From an uncultured virus (IMG/VR IMGVR_UViG_3300044627_003678) (Duplodnaviria > Heunggongvirae > Uroviricota > Caudoviricetes): a stretch of DNA of 64,000 nt. Each line of letters starts with the position of its first letter. The first letter of the stretch is position 1. Of this stretch, positions 54,640-64,000 are shown piece after piece. The stretch is from IMG/VR virus record IMGVR_UViG_3300044627_003678; one strand, 5' to 3'. Both the position numbers and the translations under genes were made by a program. The notes beneath the pieces are model-generated. The model had not been told where the DNA came from and searched no databases. It saw only the letters and a program-made list of their open reading frames with translations.

Positions 54640-55629
54640 ATGAATATTTCATTTTCTACGCCTATAGTTAACCTAAGAACTAATAATGGATATGGATATG
54701 CAAGTAAAAATATAATAAAATCTTTAAATAACTTAGGACACTTTACTCCATTTCAAGATCCAAAATCTAAATTACAATTAAATTTTTCACAACCATCACA
54801 TTTTAAATTACATAAAAATCAATATCAAATTAGTTATACACCATGGGAATCTACTGTAATTCCAGAAGATTGGAAATATTATATGGATGCATGCGACGAA
54901 GTTTGGGTAACTTCAGATTGGTGTGCAAATGTATTTGAAGATAATGGTTTTAAGGTTTCTAATGTATACCCACACGGCATTGATCCTATGTGGATGCCAA
55001 ATAGAAGAAAAGAAGACGGTGTGATTAAATTTTTACATATAGGAGAACCAGCACCAAGAAAAGCTGGACAAATGGTACTAGATGCATTTGGTAGTTTGTT
55101 TGGAAATAAAGAAGGATATTTGTTAACCATTAAAGCAGATCAAATAAATACAACTAGAGTATATAACAATTATCTAGATAAAAATATTTTAGGTGTTCCA
55201 GATAAATATTACAACAATGTGTCTGTGATTACAGATGTTTTAAATGACGAAGAGCTTGTAAGCCTGTATCAGTCTCATGATGTTTTAGTATATCCAAGCT
55301 ATGGAGAAGGATTTGGATTTATTCCACTTCAAGCACTAGCAACTGGCATGCCAACAATTTGTACAAGCGGCTGGGCACATTATGAAAAATATTTAGGTCC
55401 ATTAAAATTAAAATCAGAACTAATAGATTCACCTTGGCCATTCCCACACGAAGGAAAAGTTTTTGAACCAAACTATCAACATCTACTTGAACTTATGAGA
55501 GATGTTTCAATAAACTTTAATGCATATTCAGGATATTATTTCTCTCAGTCAACTAAAATACATAAAGATTATAATTGGGAGCAGTTGACTAAGAATTCAT
55601 TTGATAAAATTTTAAAAAAACTTAATTAA
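54640..55629 (+). CDS. glycosyltransferase family 4
   Basis: GYG, PHG, RK, YPSYGEGFGFIPLQALATGMP. Confidence 0.9.
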   Translation: MNISFSTPIVNLRTNNGYGYASKNIIKSLNNLGHFTPFQDPKSKLQLNFSQPSHFKLHKNQYQISYTPWESTVIPEDWKYYMDACDEVWVTSDWCANVFEDNGFKVSNVYPHGIDPMWMPNRRKEDGVIKFLHIGEPAPRKAGQMVLDAFGSLFGNKEGYLLTIKADQINTTRVYNNYLDKNILGVPDKYYNNVSVITDVLNDEELVSLYQSHDVLVYPSYGEGFGFIPLQALATGMPTICTSGWAHYEKYLGPLKLKSELIDSPWPFPHEGKVFEPNYQHLLELMRDVSINFNAYSGYYFSQSTKIHKDYNWEQLTKNSFDKILKKLN

Positions 55630-55715
55630 AACCTAGACCAATAAAATAAAGTTTGGTACACTTAGACTTCAATCAAATTTTAAAACTGCGTTGGCGGAGA
55701 AAAGGTCGTATATAA

Positions 55716-57650
55716 ATGTCATTTACAATTGAAAACCCATATGAAAATTTTATTGCATTATCTAGATATGCAAAGTGGGTTCCAGAAGAAAACCGCAGAG
55801 AAAATTGGCAAGAAACTGTAGATAGATATTTTTCTTTTATGCTAGATCATTTATTTAAAGAATACTCATACGAACCTTCAGCAAAATTAATATCAGAATT
55901 AAAACAAGCAGTTTTAGACAGAAACGTTATGCCATCAATGAGAGCAGTAATGACTTCTGGCCCAGCATTAGAAAGAGATCATGTTGCTGGATACAATTGT
56001 TCATTTGTTCCAGTTGATTCACCACGTTCATTTGATGAAACAATGTATATCCTTATGTGTGGCACTGGCGTAGGGTTTTCTGTTGAGTATAAGTATATTA
56101 ATAAACTTCCTGCTGTCCCAGAATCTTTAGAAAAATCAACTACAGTAATTACAGTAGAAGATTCAAAACAAGGTTGGGCAAAAGCATATCGTGAACTATT
56201 AGCATTGCTTTGGTCTGGACAGATTCCAGCAGTTGATGTAACTAAACTTAGACCCGCAGGCGCAAGACTTAAAACTATGGGCGGAAGATCTTCTGGACCA
56301 CAACCATTAGTAAATCTTTTTGATTTTACAATTAAAATATTTAAAAATGCAGTTGGAAGAAATTTAAAGCCAATTGAATGTCACGACCTTATGTGTAAAA
56401 TTGGAGAAGTTGTTGTAGTTGGTGGCGTTCGTAGATCTGCAATGATATCTCTTTCTAATATTAATGATATTGAAATGGCAGCAGCTAAGTCAGGTAATTG
56501 GTGGGAGAACAATCCACAAAGAGCATTGTCAAATAACTCAGTTGCTTATTCTAGAAAACCAGAAATGGCACAATTTATAGCAGAATGGAAAAATCTTTAT
56601 GACTCAAAATCTGGAGAACGTGGAATTTATAATGTTGCCGCTGCACAAGCACAGGCAGCTAGATATGGAAGGCGGGATCCTGAAATACACTATGGGACAA
56701 ACCCTTGCTCAGAAATTATTTTGCGTCCTTATCAGTTTTGTAACCTTTCAGAAGTCGTATTACGTGAAAAGGATACAGTTGATGATGTTAAGAATAAAGT
56801 AAGACTTGCCACTATTTTAGGAACGTGGCAATCTACATTAACAGACTTTAAATATTTGCGTAAAATTTGGAAAGATAATACAGAAGAAGAAAGACTGCTT
56901 GGCGTATCTTTAACAGGACAATTTGGACATAAATTCTTTTCTGGACAAGAAGGTTTAGACAAACTAGAGCAAACTCTTGTATCTCTTCGTGAATCAGCAA
57001 GAAAGGTAAATGCTGAAGAGGCTAAAAAAATTGGAATTCAAGAGTCAGCAGCAATTACTTGCGTTAAGCCGTCAGGTACAGTCTCGCAGCTAGTCGGAGT
57101 TTCTTCTGGAATGCATCCGTGGCACTCTAAATATTATATTAGAACAGTTCGTGGATCAAAGACAGACCCAATCTCTGTTTTCTTAAAAGAAGTGGGCATA
57201 CCAGTCGAAGATGATGTCATGAAACCAACAGAAACATATGTATTTTCTTTTCCAATAAAATCTCCAGACGATGCAATTGTTAGAAATGATTTAACCGCTA
57301 TAGATCATTTAAACACATGGCTTGTTTATCAAAGAGCATGGTGTGAGCATAAGCCTTCAATTACTGTGTCAGTAAAAGAAGACGAATGGATGGAAGTTGG
57401 CGCCTGGGTATACAAAAACTTTGATGAAGTTTCTGGAATCTCATTCTTGCCTTCTTCTGATCATTCATACAAGCAAGCACCATATCAGGAAATAACAAAA
57501 AAAGAATACGAAGACTTGTTGTCTAAGATGCCAAAGTCTATTCGTTGGGAAGATTTATCTTTTTATGAAACAGAAGATGGAACTTCTACAAACGCCACAC
57601 TTGCATGTACGTCTGACGGAAATTGTGAACTTGTAGATATCTCTGCATAG
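55716..57650 (+). CDS. nrdJ: class II (adenosylcobalamin-dependent) ribonucleotide reductase
   Basis: MPSMR, YNC, GTGVGF, TNPCSE, CNL, KPSGTVSQL, C-terminal C....C. Confidence 0.93.
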   Translation: MSFTIENPYENFIALSRYAKWVPEENRRENWQETVDRYFSFMLDHLFKEYSYEPSAKLISELKQAVLDRNVMPSMRAVMTSGPALERDHVAGYNCSFVPVDSPRSFDETMYILMCGTGVGFSVEYKYINKLPAVPESLEKSTTVITVEDSKQGWAKAYRELLALLWSGQIPAVDVTKLRPAGARLKTMGGRSSGPQPLVNLFDFTIKIFKNAVGRNLKPIECHDLMCKIGEVVVVGGVRRSAMISLSNINDIEMAAAKSGNWWENNPQRALSNNSVAYSRKPEMAQFIAEWKNLYDSKSGERGIYNVAAAQAQAARYGRRDPEIHYGTNPCSEIILRPYQFCNLSEVVLREKDTVDDVKNKVRLATILGTWQSTLTDFKYLRKIWKDNTEEERLLGVSLTGQFGHKFFSGQEGLDKLEQTLVSLRESARKVNAEEAKKIGIQESAAITCVKPSGTVSQLVGVSSGMHPWHSKYYIRTVRGSKTDPISVFLKEVGIPVEDDVMKPTETYVFSFPIKSPDDAIVRNDLTAIDHLNTWLVYQRAWCEHKPSITVSVKEDEWMEVGAWVYKNFDEVSGISFLPSSDHSYKQAPYQEITKKEYEDLLSKMPKSIRWEDLSFYETEDGTSTNATLACTSDGNCELVDISA

Positions 57651-57719
57651 TGGTATTATATTAGTATTGGGTAACCCCCAAAATTCCTGGGCACAAGGCT
57701 CAGAAATAGGAGGATCTTA

Positions 57720-57947
57720 ATGAAAAAAGATCTAAATAACGATGGAGTAATAACAATGACAGAACAAATCCTAGCAGCGGTTGGAACGTATGCTCGTGCA
57801 TTCCTTTCAGCAGCAATAGCTTTGTATATGACTGGTAATACAAATCCAAAGGACCTTTTGATGGGTGGAATTGCAGCAGTAGCCCCAGTAATTTTAAAGG
57901 CTCTTTCACCAAGCAATCAAGAGTTTGGTTTCAAGTCAGCTAAGTAA
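57720..57947 (+). CDS. holin-like small membrane protein
   Basis: two TM segments, YARAFL...LKAL.P....FG; AGGAGG SD. Confidence 0.6.
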   Translation: MKKDLNNDGVITMTEQILAAVGTYARAFLSAAIALYMTGNTNPKDLLMGGIAAVAPVILKALSPSNQEFGFKSAK

Positions 57948-57966
57948 TTTAGTAAACTGAATTAAG

Positions 57967-58000
57967 AAAGCTCCTGTGCTAAAATAAGCATAGGAGTTTT
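57967..58000 (+). terminator. hairpin terminator overlapping the next promoter -10
   Basis: AGCTCCTGTGCT-AAAATA-AGCATAGGAGTT followed by TT. Confidence 0.7.
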
Positions 58001-58022
58001 CCTATTTTAGGAGATTTTGAAA

Positions 58023-58373
58023 ATGGCAGTACAAAAGAATTTTGAAGTAGATCAAAATGCTACATTCACCTTTGAGGTTCAATACACCTTAGAAGATGAA
58101 GTCACACCAATAAGTTTAGTAAATGCAACTGCAAAGATGCAAGTACGTGATACTAAAGGTGGATCCAAACTAGCATTTACACTAACATCACCCTCTGGTG
58201 GTATAACAATTAATGGCGCAACTGGAACACTAACCGTTAAAATGACACCTACCCAGACAAATAAACTCTTTTATCCAAAATCTTCTTATGACATTATGGT
58301 TGTCGATTCTAACGGGAATAAAATAAAACTCCTTGAAGGGTTTTTAACTCTCAGTAGATCGGTAACTATATAA
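58023..58373 (+). CDS. virion structural protein (BppU/LtfC-like Ig fold)
   Basis: DQNATF, AKMQVR, YD...KLLEG. Confidence 0.65.
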   Translation: MAVQKNFEVDQNATFTFEVQYTLEDEVTPISLVNATAKMQVRDTKGGSKLAFTLTSPSGGITINGATGTLTVKMTPTQTNKLFYPKSSYDIMVVDSNGNKIKLLEGFLTLSRSVTI

Positions 58374-58828
58374 TGTCAGCAGAAAAAGTAATAGTAACAG
58401 AAGTAAAAAATAAAGTAATTATAAAATCACCAGGACCACAAGGCCCTGCTGGAAAAACTATATTAAATGGAAACTCTGCCCCATCAAACAATCTTGGGGT
58501 CACAGGAGATTTTTATGTTAATAATACTACACATCAATTCTATGGACCAAAACTTACAGACACATCTTGGACTGACGCAAACATAATTCAATTGGCTGCA
58601 GAAGGTGCAGATTTTGCATTTTCTCAATCATGGGAAATAGCTCAAGTGACTGGACCGTTACTTGGAATATATTCAGTATCGATAACACATAATTTAGGAT
58701 TTTTTCCAAACGTAACAACAAAAGATAGTTCAGGTGAAACAGTTGAAACTGGACTAGAATATGTTAATACAAACACAATTAAACTGACAATGGCTCAACC
58801 ATTTTCAGGGACAGCGTACCTGTCATAA
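58373..58828 (+). CDS. tail-associated protein with short collagen motif
   Basis: GPQGPAG, G..GDFY, ITHNLG. Confidence 0.65.
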   Translation: MSAEKVIVTEVKNKVIIKSPGPQGPAGKTILNGNSAPSNNLGVTGDFYVNNTTHQFYGPKLTDTSWTDANIIQLAAEGADFAFSQSWEIAQVTGPLLGIYSVSITHNLGFFPNVTTKDSSGETVETGLEYVNTNTIKLTMAQPFSGTAYLS

Positions 58829-58840
58829 AGGAGAAGTAAA

Positions 58841-60418
58841 ATGGCAAGAAAATTTTTAGTTAGCTTAGACCTTAACAAAAATGAATTACAAAATGCTCGA
58901 ATTCAAAACCTCAGCTCTGCGCCTTCAAGCCCAGTAGACGGTCAAATATATTTTAATACAGTAGATAAAATTGTATACTTTTATGACGGAACAAACTGGA
59001 TCTCTACATCTGGCTCACTAGAAGTAATTCAAGATGCTATTGGAGCATACGTTTCTGGTGGCACTGGCTTAACAGCAACATATAGTGACTCAACAGGCAC
59101 TACAACAATTGATTTAGACAACACAGCGGTAACAGCTGGATCATACGGATCTGCAACAGCAATTCCTACATTTACAGTAGATGCACAAGGTCGTTTGACT
59201 GCAGCAGGAACAGTAGACGTAGCTACAGAGCTAGATATTACTGGCGATACTGGCACAACTTCAATCTCTTTGCTTACAGAAGGTTTAACTGTAGCTGGAG
59301 GAGAAGGTATTAATGTTGATGTAACAGAAAACACAATTACAATATCCTCAGAAGATGCTTCTACAACCAACAAGGGTGCCGCATCATTTAATACAGATGA
59401 CTTTAATGTAACAGCAGGACACGCAGAACTAAAAGATACAGTTGTTAAAGCAATTACAACTGATTCTGGAGCACTTACCCCATCAGCACATGGAATATCA
59501 ATTCTTGGTGGAGAAGGCGTTGATGTAACACATACAGGAACATCAATTACTGTATCAGCAGAAGATGCAACCTCATCAAACAAAGGTGTTGCCAGCTTTG
59601 ATTCAACAGATTTTACAGTAACATCTGGAGCAGTAACATTAAACGCTGAGCGTGTACAAGATATTGTATCCTCACAAATTGTTGCAGGCGAAGGCATTGA
59701 TGTAACATACGATGACAACGCAGGAACTCTAACAGTAGATGCAGAAATTGCAACAACTACAAATCGTGGTGTTGCTTCCTTTGCTACAGCAGACTTTACT
59801 GTAACAGATGGCGCAGTAAGTATCAAAAATGTTGATCTTGCAACACAGACAACTGGTAACTATATTGCAACAATTGCTGGAACAGCTAATGAAATTGAAG
59901 TTTCTGGCTCTGGATCTGAAAATTCAGCAGTAACAATTGGACTTCCAGATAGCGTAACAATTACCAACGATTTAACAGTTGGTGGAAATTTAACAGTTAA
60001 TGGAACATTAACTTCTTTAAATACTGAACAAGTAACAATTGAAGATAACGTAGTTGTTTTAAATAGCAACGTTACAGGCTCTCCATTAGCAAACGCTGGA
60101 ATTGAAGTAGAGCGTGGAGACTCTACAAATACATCAATTATTTGGAATGAAACAGATGACAAGTGGACACTTACAAATAACGGAACCAATTATCATGCTA
60201 TTACTAGAAAGTATGTAGAAACTCTTTCAACCTCTGCAACATCCTACACAGTAACTCATAATTTAGGATCCGCCGATGTGTTAGTTCAAGTTTCAGAAGT
60301 AGCGTCTCCATATTCTAAGGTCGAGACAGATGTAGAACTTACATCAGACTCAGCGGTAACAATTAAATTTGCAACCGCACCATCATCTGGAGCATATAAA
60401 GTAGTAGTTATAGGATAA
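58841..60418 (+). CDS. tail fibre-like structural protein
   Basis: repeated AT.TNKG.ASF...DF.V..G.V units, AGIEVERG, VTHNLG. Confidence 0.75.
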   Translation: MARKFLVSLDLNKNELQNARIQNLSSAPSSPVDGQIYFNTVDKIVYFYDGTNWISTSGSLEVIQDAIGAYVSGGTGLTATYSDSTGTTTIDLDNTAVTAGSYGSATAIPTFTVDAQGRLTAAGTVDVATELDITGDTGTTSISLLTEGLTVAGGEGINVDVTENTITISSEDASTTNKGAASFNTDDFNVTAGHAELKDTVVKAITTDSGALTPSAHGISILGGEGVDVTHTGTSITVSAEDATSSNKGVASFDSTDFTVTSGAVTLNAERVQDIVSSQIVAGEGIDVTYDDNAGTLTVDAEIATTTNRGVASFATADFTVTDGAVSIKNVDLATQTTGNYIATIAGTANEIEVSGSGSENSAVTIGLPDSVTITNDLTVGGNLTVNGTLTSLNTEQVTIEDNVVVLNSNVTGSPLANAGIEVERGDSTNTSIIWNETDDKWTLTNNGTNYHAITRKYVETLSTSATSYTVTHNLGSADVLVQVSEVASPYSKVETDVELTSDSAVTIKFATAPSSGAYKVVVIG

Positions 60419-60422
60419 CAAA

Positions 60423-60779
60423 TTGAAACTAAAGTCTTTATTAAATTTAGCAACATTAGCATCCGACCCTGCGGGGTCGGAAGGCGATGTCTTTTTTAAT
60501 ACAACAGAAAAGGCTTTAAAAATTCACAACGGAGCAATATGGGTAACAATAGCAACTAATACAGACCCAGCACCATTTTATTTACACACTCATACATACG
60601 ATGGAGCAATACATACAATTGATATTGAAAACCCTATAACGTTTAGAGACATAAACACAACAGCAAGCGTTTCAGAAACTCTTCCTAAGATAACAGGGTT
60701 TGATGGAGGCCAGCCTTCAGATGTTGTTGAAGATCCTAGCTTCTTAGAACTATCATTGTTAGATGGCGGAAAAGCTTAA
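60423..60779 (+). CDS. structural protein
   Basis: GDVFFNT, DGG C-terminal motifs; TTG start. Confidence 0.6.
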   Translation: MKLKSLLNLATLASDPAGSEGDVFFNTTEKALKIHNGAIWVTIATNTDPAPFYLHTHTYDGAIHTIDIENPITFRDINTTASVSETLPKITGFDGGQPSDVVEDPSFLELSLLDGGKA

Positions 60780-60842
60780 TGTTTCAGGCAATTATAAACA
60801 TCAGATGATATAATTATCTTAAGTCATAATTAAGAGGTAAAC

Positions 60843-61400
60843 ATGGCAACAAACTTTCCAAACTCATTAGATACATTGGTAAATCCTAATTCAACGGATC
60901 CATTATCTAGTCCGTCGCACTCTGAACAGCATATAAATCTTAATGATGCTGTTGAAGCAATAGAAACAAAAATTGGAGCAAATGGCTCTAATGATTCAAA
61001 TTCTATTCAATACAAGATTGCAGCAATACAAACAACTTTAACTGACATAGAAAACAGCACCTCAGTAGCAGAACTTTTGTTAGGTCTTGAAGGAAATAAT
61101 GATTTAACAATAAGTGGAATAGAGAACAAAACAACAGTAGACAGTTTTGCTAAATCTCTATATTCAACAGTAAGATATACACTACAAATCAAAAAAGACA
61201 ACTTGTTTGTTTCTGATCAACTAGATATAGTCAATGATGGAACAGACTTACATATGAATAGATATGAAATATCATCAAATACAAATAATTCTCTTTATAC
61301 TGTGCAATTAGAAGAAAATGCAGGTATAATTAGTTTGAAAGTAACACCGACAAGTGGATCTATAACCGCTAGATATTATAGAACCGCCTTAAAGTTTTAA
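60843..61400 (+). CDS. structural protein
   Basis: MATNFP.SLD...H.NLNDAVEAIE.KIG. Confidence 0.65.
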   Translation: MATNFPNSLDTLVNPNSTDPLSSPSHSEQHINLNDAVEAIETKIGANGSNDSNSIQYKIAAIQTTLTDIENSTSVAELLLGLEGNNDLTISGIENKTTVDSFAKSLYSTVRYTLQIKKDNLFVSDQLDIVNDGTDLHMNRYEISSNTNNSLYTVQLEENAGIISLKVTPTSGSITARYYRTALKF

Positions 61401-61421
61401 GGCGTAAGGGGAAACAAAAAA

Positions 61422-63029
61422 ATGGCAACAGTAGATAAAAACTTTAGAATTAAGAATGGTTTAGTTGTTGAGGGATCAACAGCTACAGTAAATGGATCTA
61501 ATATCCTTACTGAAAACTCACTAGAATTTATTCAAGATACCGTAGCGGCACAACTTGTAGACGGAACACATACAAACATTTCAGTAAGTTATAATGACAC
61601 TACTGGAACAATTAGTTTAACTGGCGCAGTAACATACACAGACGAGCAAGCACAAGATGCCGTTGGTAACGCAGTCGGAACTGGACTTTCATACAACGAT
61701 ACAACAGGTGCAATATCTGTTGACACAGCCACAATTCAGGCTCGTGTCGCAGATGTATCTGACACTGAAATTGGATACCTTAATGGCGTAACATCTTCAA
61801 TTCAGACACAATTAGACGATAAGTCAACTGCAAGCAAAACCGAAACATTAACAAATAAGACTTTAACATCACCAAACATAAATGAAAACGTAGCCCTTAC
61901 AGCAACCGCTACAGAACTTAACATTCTTGATGGTGCAACACTTTCTACAACAGAACTTAACTATGTAGATGGCGTAACCTCTTCAATTCAAACACAATTA
62001 AACAATAAATTTGATTCAGCAAATGCTTCAACAACAAATATTTCAGAAGGCACAAACCTCTACTTTACAGACGAAAGAGCACAAGATGCTGTAGGAAACT
62101 CTGTAGGCAATGGTCTTGATTATGATGATGCAACAGGAGCAATTTCTGTAGACCCTTCAGAGTTTACATTAAACTCTATCGGCGCACCATCTGCAGCAGT
62201 AGATTTAAACAGTCAAAAGATTACTGGCCTTGCAACACCAACAGATGCAACAGACGCATCAACTAAAGGCTATGTTGACGGAGTAATTACAACAGAGGTA
62301 TCAAATCGTAATGCTGCAATTTCAACAGCAGTTAGCAATTTAGTAGACGGCGCACCAGACCTTCTTAATACTCTTAATGAATTAGCAGCAGCAATTAATG
62401 ATGATGCTAACTACACAACAACTATTACAACAGCTCTAGGAACAAAAGCTCCTTTAGCATCACCAGCATTAACTGGAGTACCTACTGCTCCAACAGCAGC
62501 AGCAGACACAAATACTACTCAAATAGCTACAACAGCTTTTGCTAAAGCAGAAGCAGACGCAGCACAGTCAGCAGCAGAAGCCACAGCATCAGCAGATGCA
62601 ACATCAAAGGCTAACGCCGCTCAAGCAGCAGCAGAAGCCACAGCATCATCTGCTCTTTCTGGAGTAACTGCAGGAACCACAGCGTTTACAGCAGTAAATG
62701 TTAACTCAGTAGCTAAGCAAATTGCTGCAACCACAGGTAATATTGCTACCGCAGCCGCAACCACAGCTTATGCATGGGCAAAGGCTTCATACCGAAGCGG
62801 AGAATTCCTTGTTAAGTCAAAAAGTGGAAATCACACAGAAGTTGCAAAAATTATGGTAACTCTAGACTCTTCAGATAACGTCTATATCACAGAATATGGA
62901 ATGTCATCAACAAGTGGAGTTGCACTTCAAACAGTTTCAGCAGATGTAAGCGGAACAGATGTAAGAATTCGTGTAACACCTGCAAATAACAATACCGAAG
63001 TATTAATCACTGGTACACTTTTAGTATAA
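61422..63029 (+). CDS. tail fibre-like structural protein
   Basis: ELNYVDGVTSSIQTQL, APDLLNTLNELAAA, APLASPALTGVPTAPT. Confidence 0.8.
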   Translation: MATVDKNFRIKNGLVVEGSTATVNGSNILTENSLEFIQDTVAAQLVDGTHTNISVSYNDTTGTISLTGAVTYTDEQAQDAVGNAVGTGLSYNDTTGAISVDTATIQARVADVSDTEIGYLNGVTSSIQTQLDDKSTASKTETLTNKTLTSPNINENVALTATATELNILDGATLSTTELNYVDGVTSSIQTQLNNKFDSANASTTNISEGTNLYFTDERAQDAVGNSVGNGLDYDDATGAISVDPSEFTLNSIGAPSAAVDLNSQKITGLATPTDATDASTKGYVDGVITTEVSNRNAAISTAVSNLVDGAPDLLNTLNELAAAINDDANYTTTITTALGTKAPLASPALTGVPTAPTAAADTNTTQIATTAFAKAEADAAQSAAEATASADATSKANAAQAAAEATASSALSGVTAGTTAFTAVNVNSVAKQIAATTGNIATAAATTAYAWAKASYRSGEFLVKSKSGNHTEVAKIMVTLDSSDNVYITEYGMSSTSGVALQTVSADVSGTDVRIRVTPANNNTEVLITGTLLV

Positions 63030-63097
63030 TTAAATAAAAGGCCAGGGGAGAGCCTGAATCTCCCCACAAAAAACAATTAGGGGATATGTGAACTTAA

Positions 63098-63454
63098 ATG
63101 GCAACAACAGATAAAAACTTTAAAGTTAAGAATGGAATAAATGTCGCAGGAGATGCCACATTTGATTCTAACGTCGTACTAGGTTCAACCCCCCTTAGAT
63201 TTGACACAACAACAAACAAACTACAGATCCAATTAAATGGAACCTGGAGTCCAATTGCATTTGTGGCAGATATTCCAGATATGGCAACAGAAATAGGCTT
63301 TATGGATGTTGGTCTGGCTATTGATTACAATGGTCTTCCAATCTATACAGTTCAGGCAAACGGAGTAAATACAACAGCAACTAAATTCGCAGACGGTGGA
63401 GACCCATCAACTTCAACATATGGGTTAACATTTGATTCTGGAGTTATAGTCTAA
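63098..63454 (+). CDS. structural protein
   Basis: MATTDKNFKVKNG N-terminus shared with 61422. Confidence 0.65.
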   Translation: MATTDKNFKVKNGINVAGDATFDSNVVLGSTPLRFDTTTNKLQIQLNGTWSPIAFVADIPDMATEIGFMDVGLAIDYNGLPIYTVQANGVNTTATKFADGGDPSTSTYGLTFDSGVIV

Positions 63455-63496
63455 TAAAAAATAAATGCTATAATTAGCAAATAAGGGGTAATAAAT

Positions 63497-64000
63497 ATGT
63501 CAACAGTAAGAATTCAAGTAAGACGAGGAACAGCATCAGAATGGACCTCAGCAAATCCTACATTAGCCGCAGGTGAAATGGGTGTTGAAACAGACACCAG
63601 AAAAATTAAAGTTGGAACTGGCAACACAGCATGGACTAGCCTTGCATACATTGCATCAGATGCACCAGGAATTACAGAAATTGCACAAGATGCAATCGAC
63701 TCAGCACTTTCAATGGGAGCAGGTCTTACAAAATCTTACAATGATGGCACAAATACAATTTCTCTTAATATTGACTCATCAGTTGTTGCACTTAAATCTT
63801 ATGTCGATGATCAAATAACTGGATTAGACAACGCAGCAGCAGCAGATTATGTATTACTAGCAGATGTTGGTAACGCAGGCGGACCAGCAAAGTTAGATGT
63901 CGATGGAAACTTATTGGTTCCAAAATCAAGCATTATTTTAGAGGGATCATCTGCAGACGCATATGAAACAACCCTTACAGTAACAAATCCTACAGAAGAT
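63497..64000 (+). CDS. tail fibre protein with Mtd/hyaluronidase-like N-terminal domain (3' truncated)
   Basis: MSTVRIQVRRGTASEWTSANPTLAAGEMGVETDT.KIKVG.G...W..L.Y. Confidence 0.85.
   Translation, partial: MSTVRIQVRRGTASEWTSANPTLAAGEMGVETDTRKIKVGTGNTAWTSLAYIASDAPGITEIAQDAIDSALSMGAGLTKSYNDGTNTISLNIDSSVVALKSYVDDQITGLDNAAAADYVLLADVGNAGGPAKLDVDGNLLVPKSSIILEGSSADAYETTLTVTNPTED

Noticed and set aside
59029..60189. Long minus-strand ORFs (also 374-871, 19083-20815, 21279-21659, 27701-27901)
   Set aside because: Antisense shadows of well-supported + strand genes; no RBS or motifs
63573..63818. 81-aa + strand ORF in the track
   Set aside because: Alternative frame inside the real tail-fibre gene that starts at 63497 and runs off the window
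1..64000. Stop-codon recoding, introns or inteins
   Set aside because: Core genes (recA, terL, nrdJ) are intact and of normal length in the standard code, with no visible insertions

Overview
64 kb slice of a large, AT-rich tailed phage of Actinobacteria. The host assignment rests on WhiB, AhpC/AhpD, an Lsr2-like protein, leaderless genes and actinobacterial promoter motifs; a freshwater actinobacterial host is plausible but is inference. Left arm (+ strand): DnaE, RecA, a resolvase, Cas4-like and RuvC-like nucleases, terminase, glycan/modification enzymes, Hsp20, a CHAP lysis cassette, WhiB, proteases and redox genes. Right arm: lytic transglycosylase, GT4, class II RNR and virion/tail genes. 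Four tRNAs and eight 2OG-Fe(II) oxygenase-like genes are scattered through the window. The most striking part is a ~11.5 kb minus-strand island of small genes (~36.9-48.4 kb), probably an early/host-takeover region and possibly a terminal repeat. It holds 11 promoters matching the PafBC/RecA-NDp DNA-damage consensus (TGTCRG-N10-TANNNT), most followed by a shared ACGAAAGG leader/RBS. It also encodes a ~130-nt candidate small RNA whose exposed loop is complementary to that shared RBS. A fixed-spacing 7-copy element and dense WhiA-, CRP-, DnaA- and LexA-like sites occur in the same island. Together these suggest a circuit switched on by the host DNA-damage activator and switched off by a phage sRNA. 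All protein calls are from motif recognition by eye; no database searches were run.
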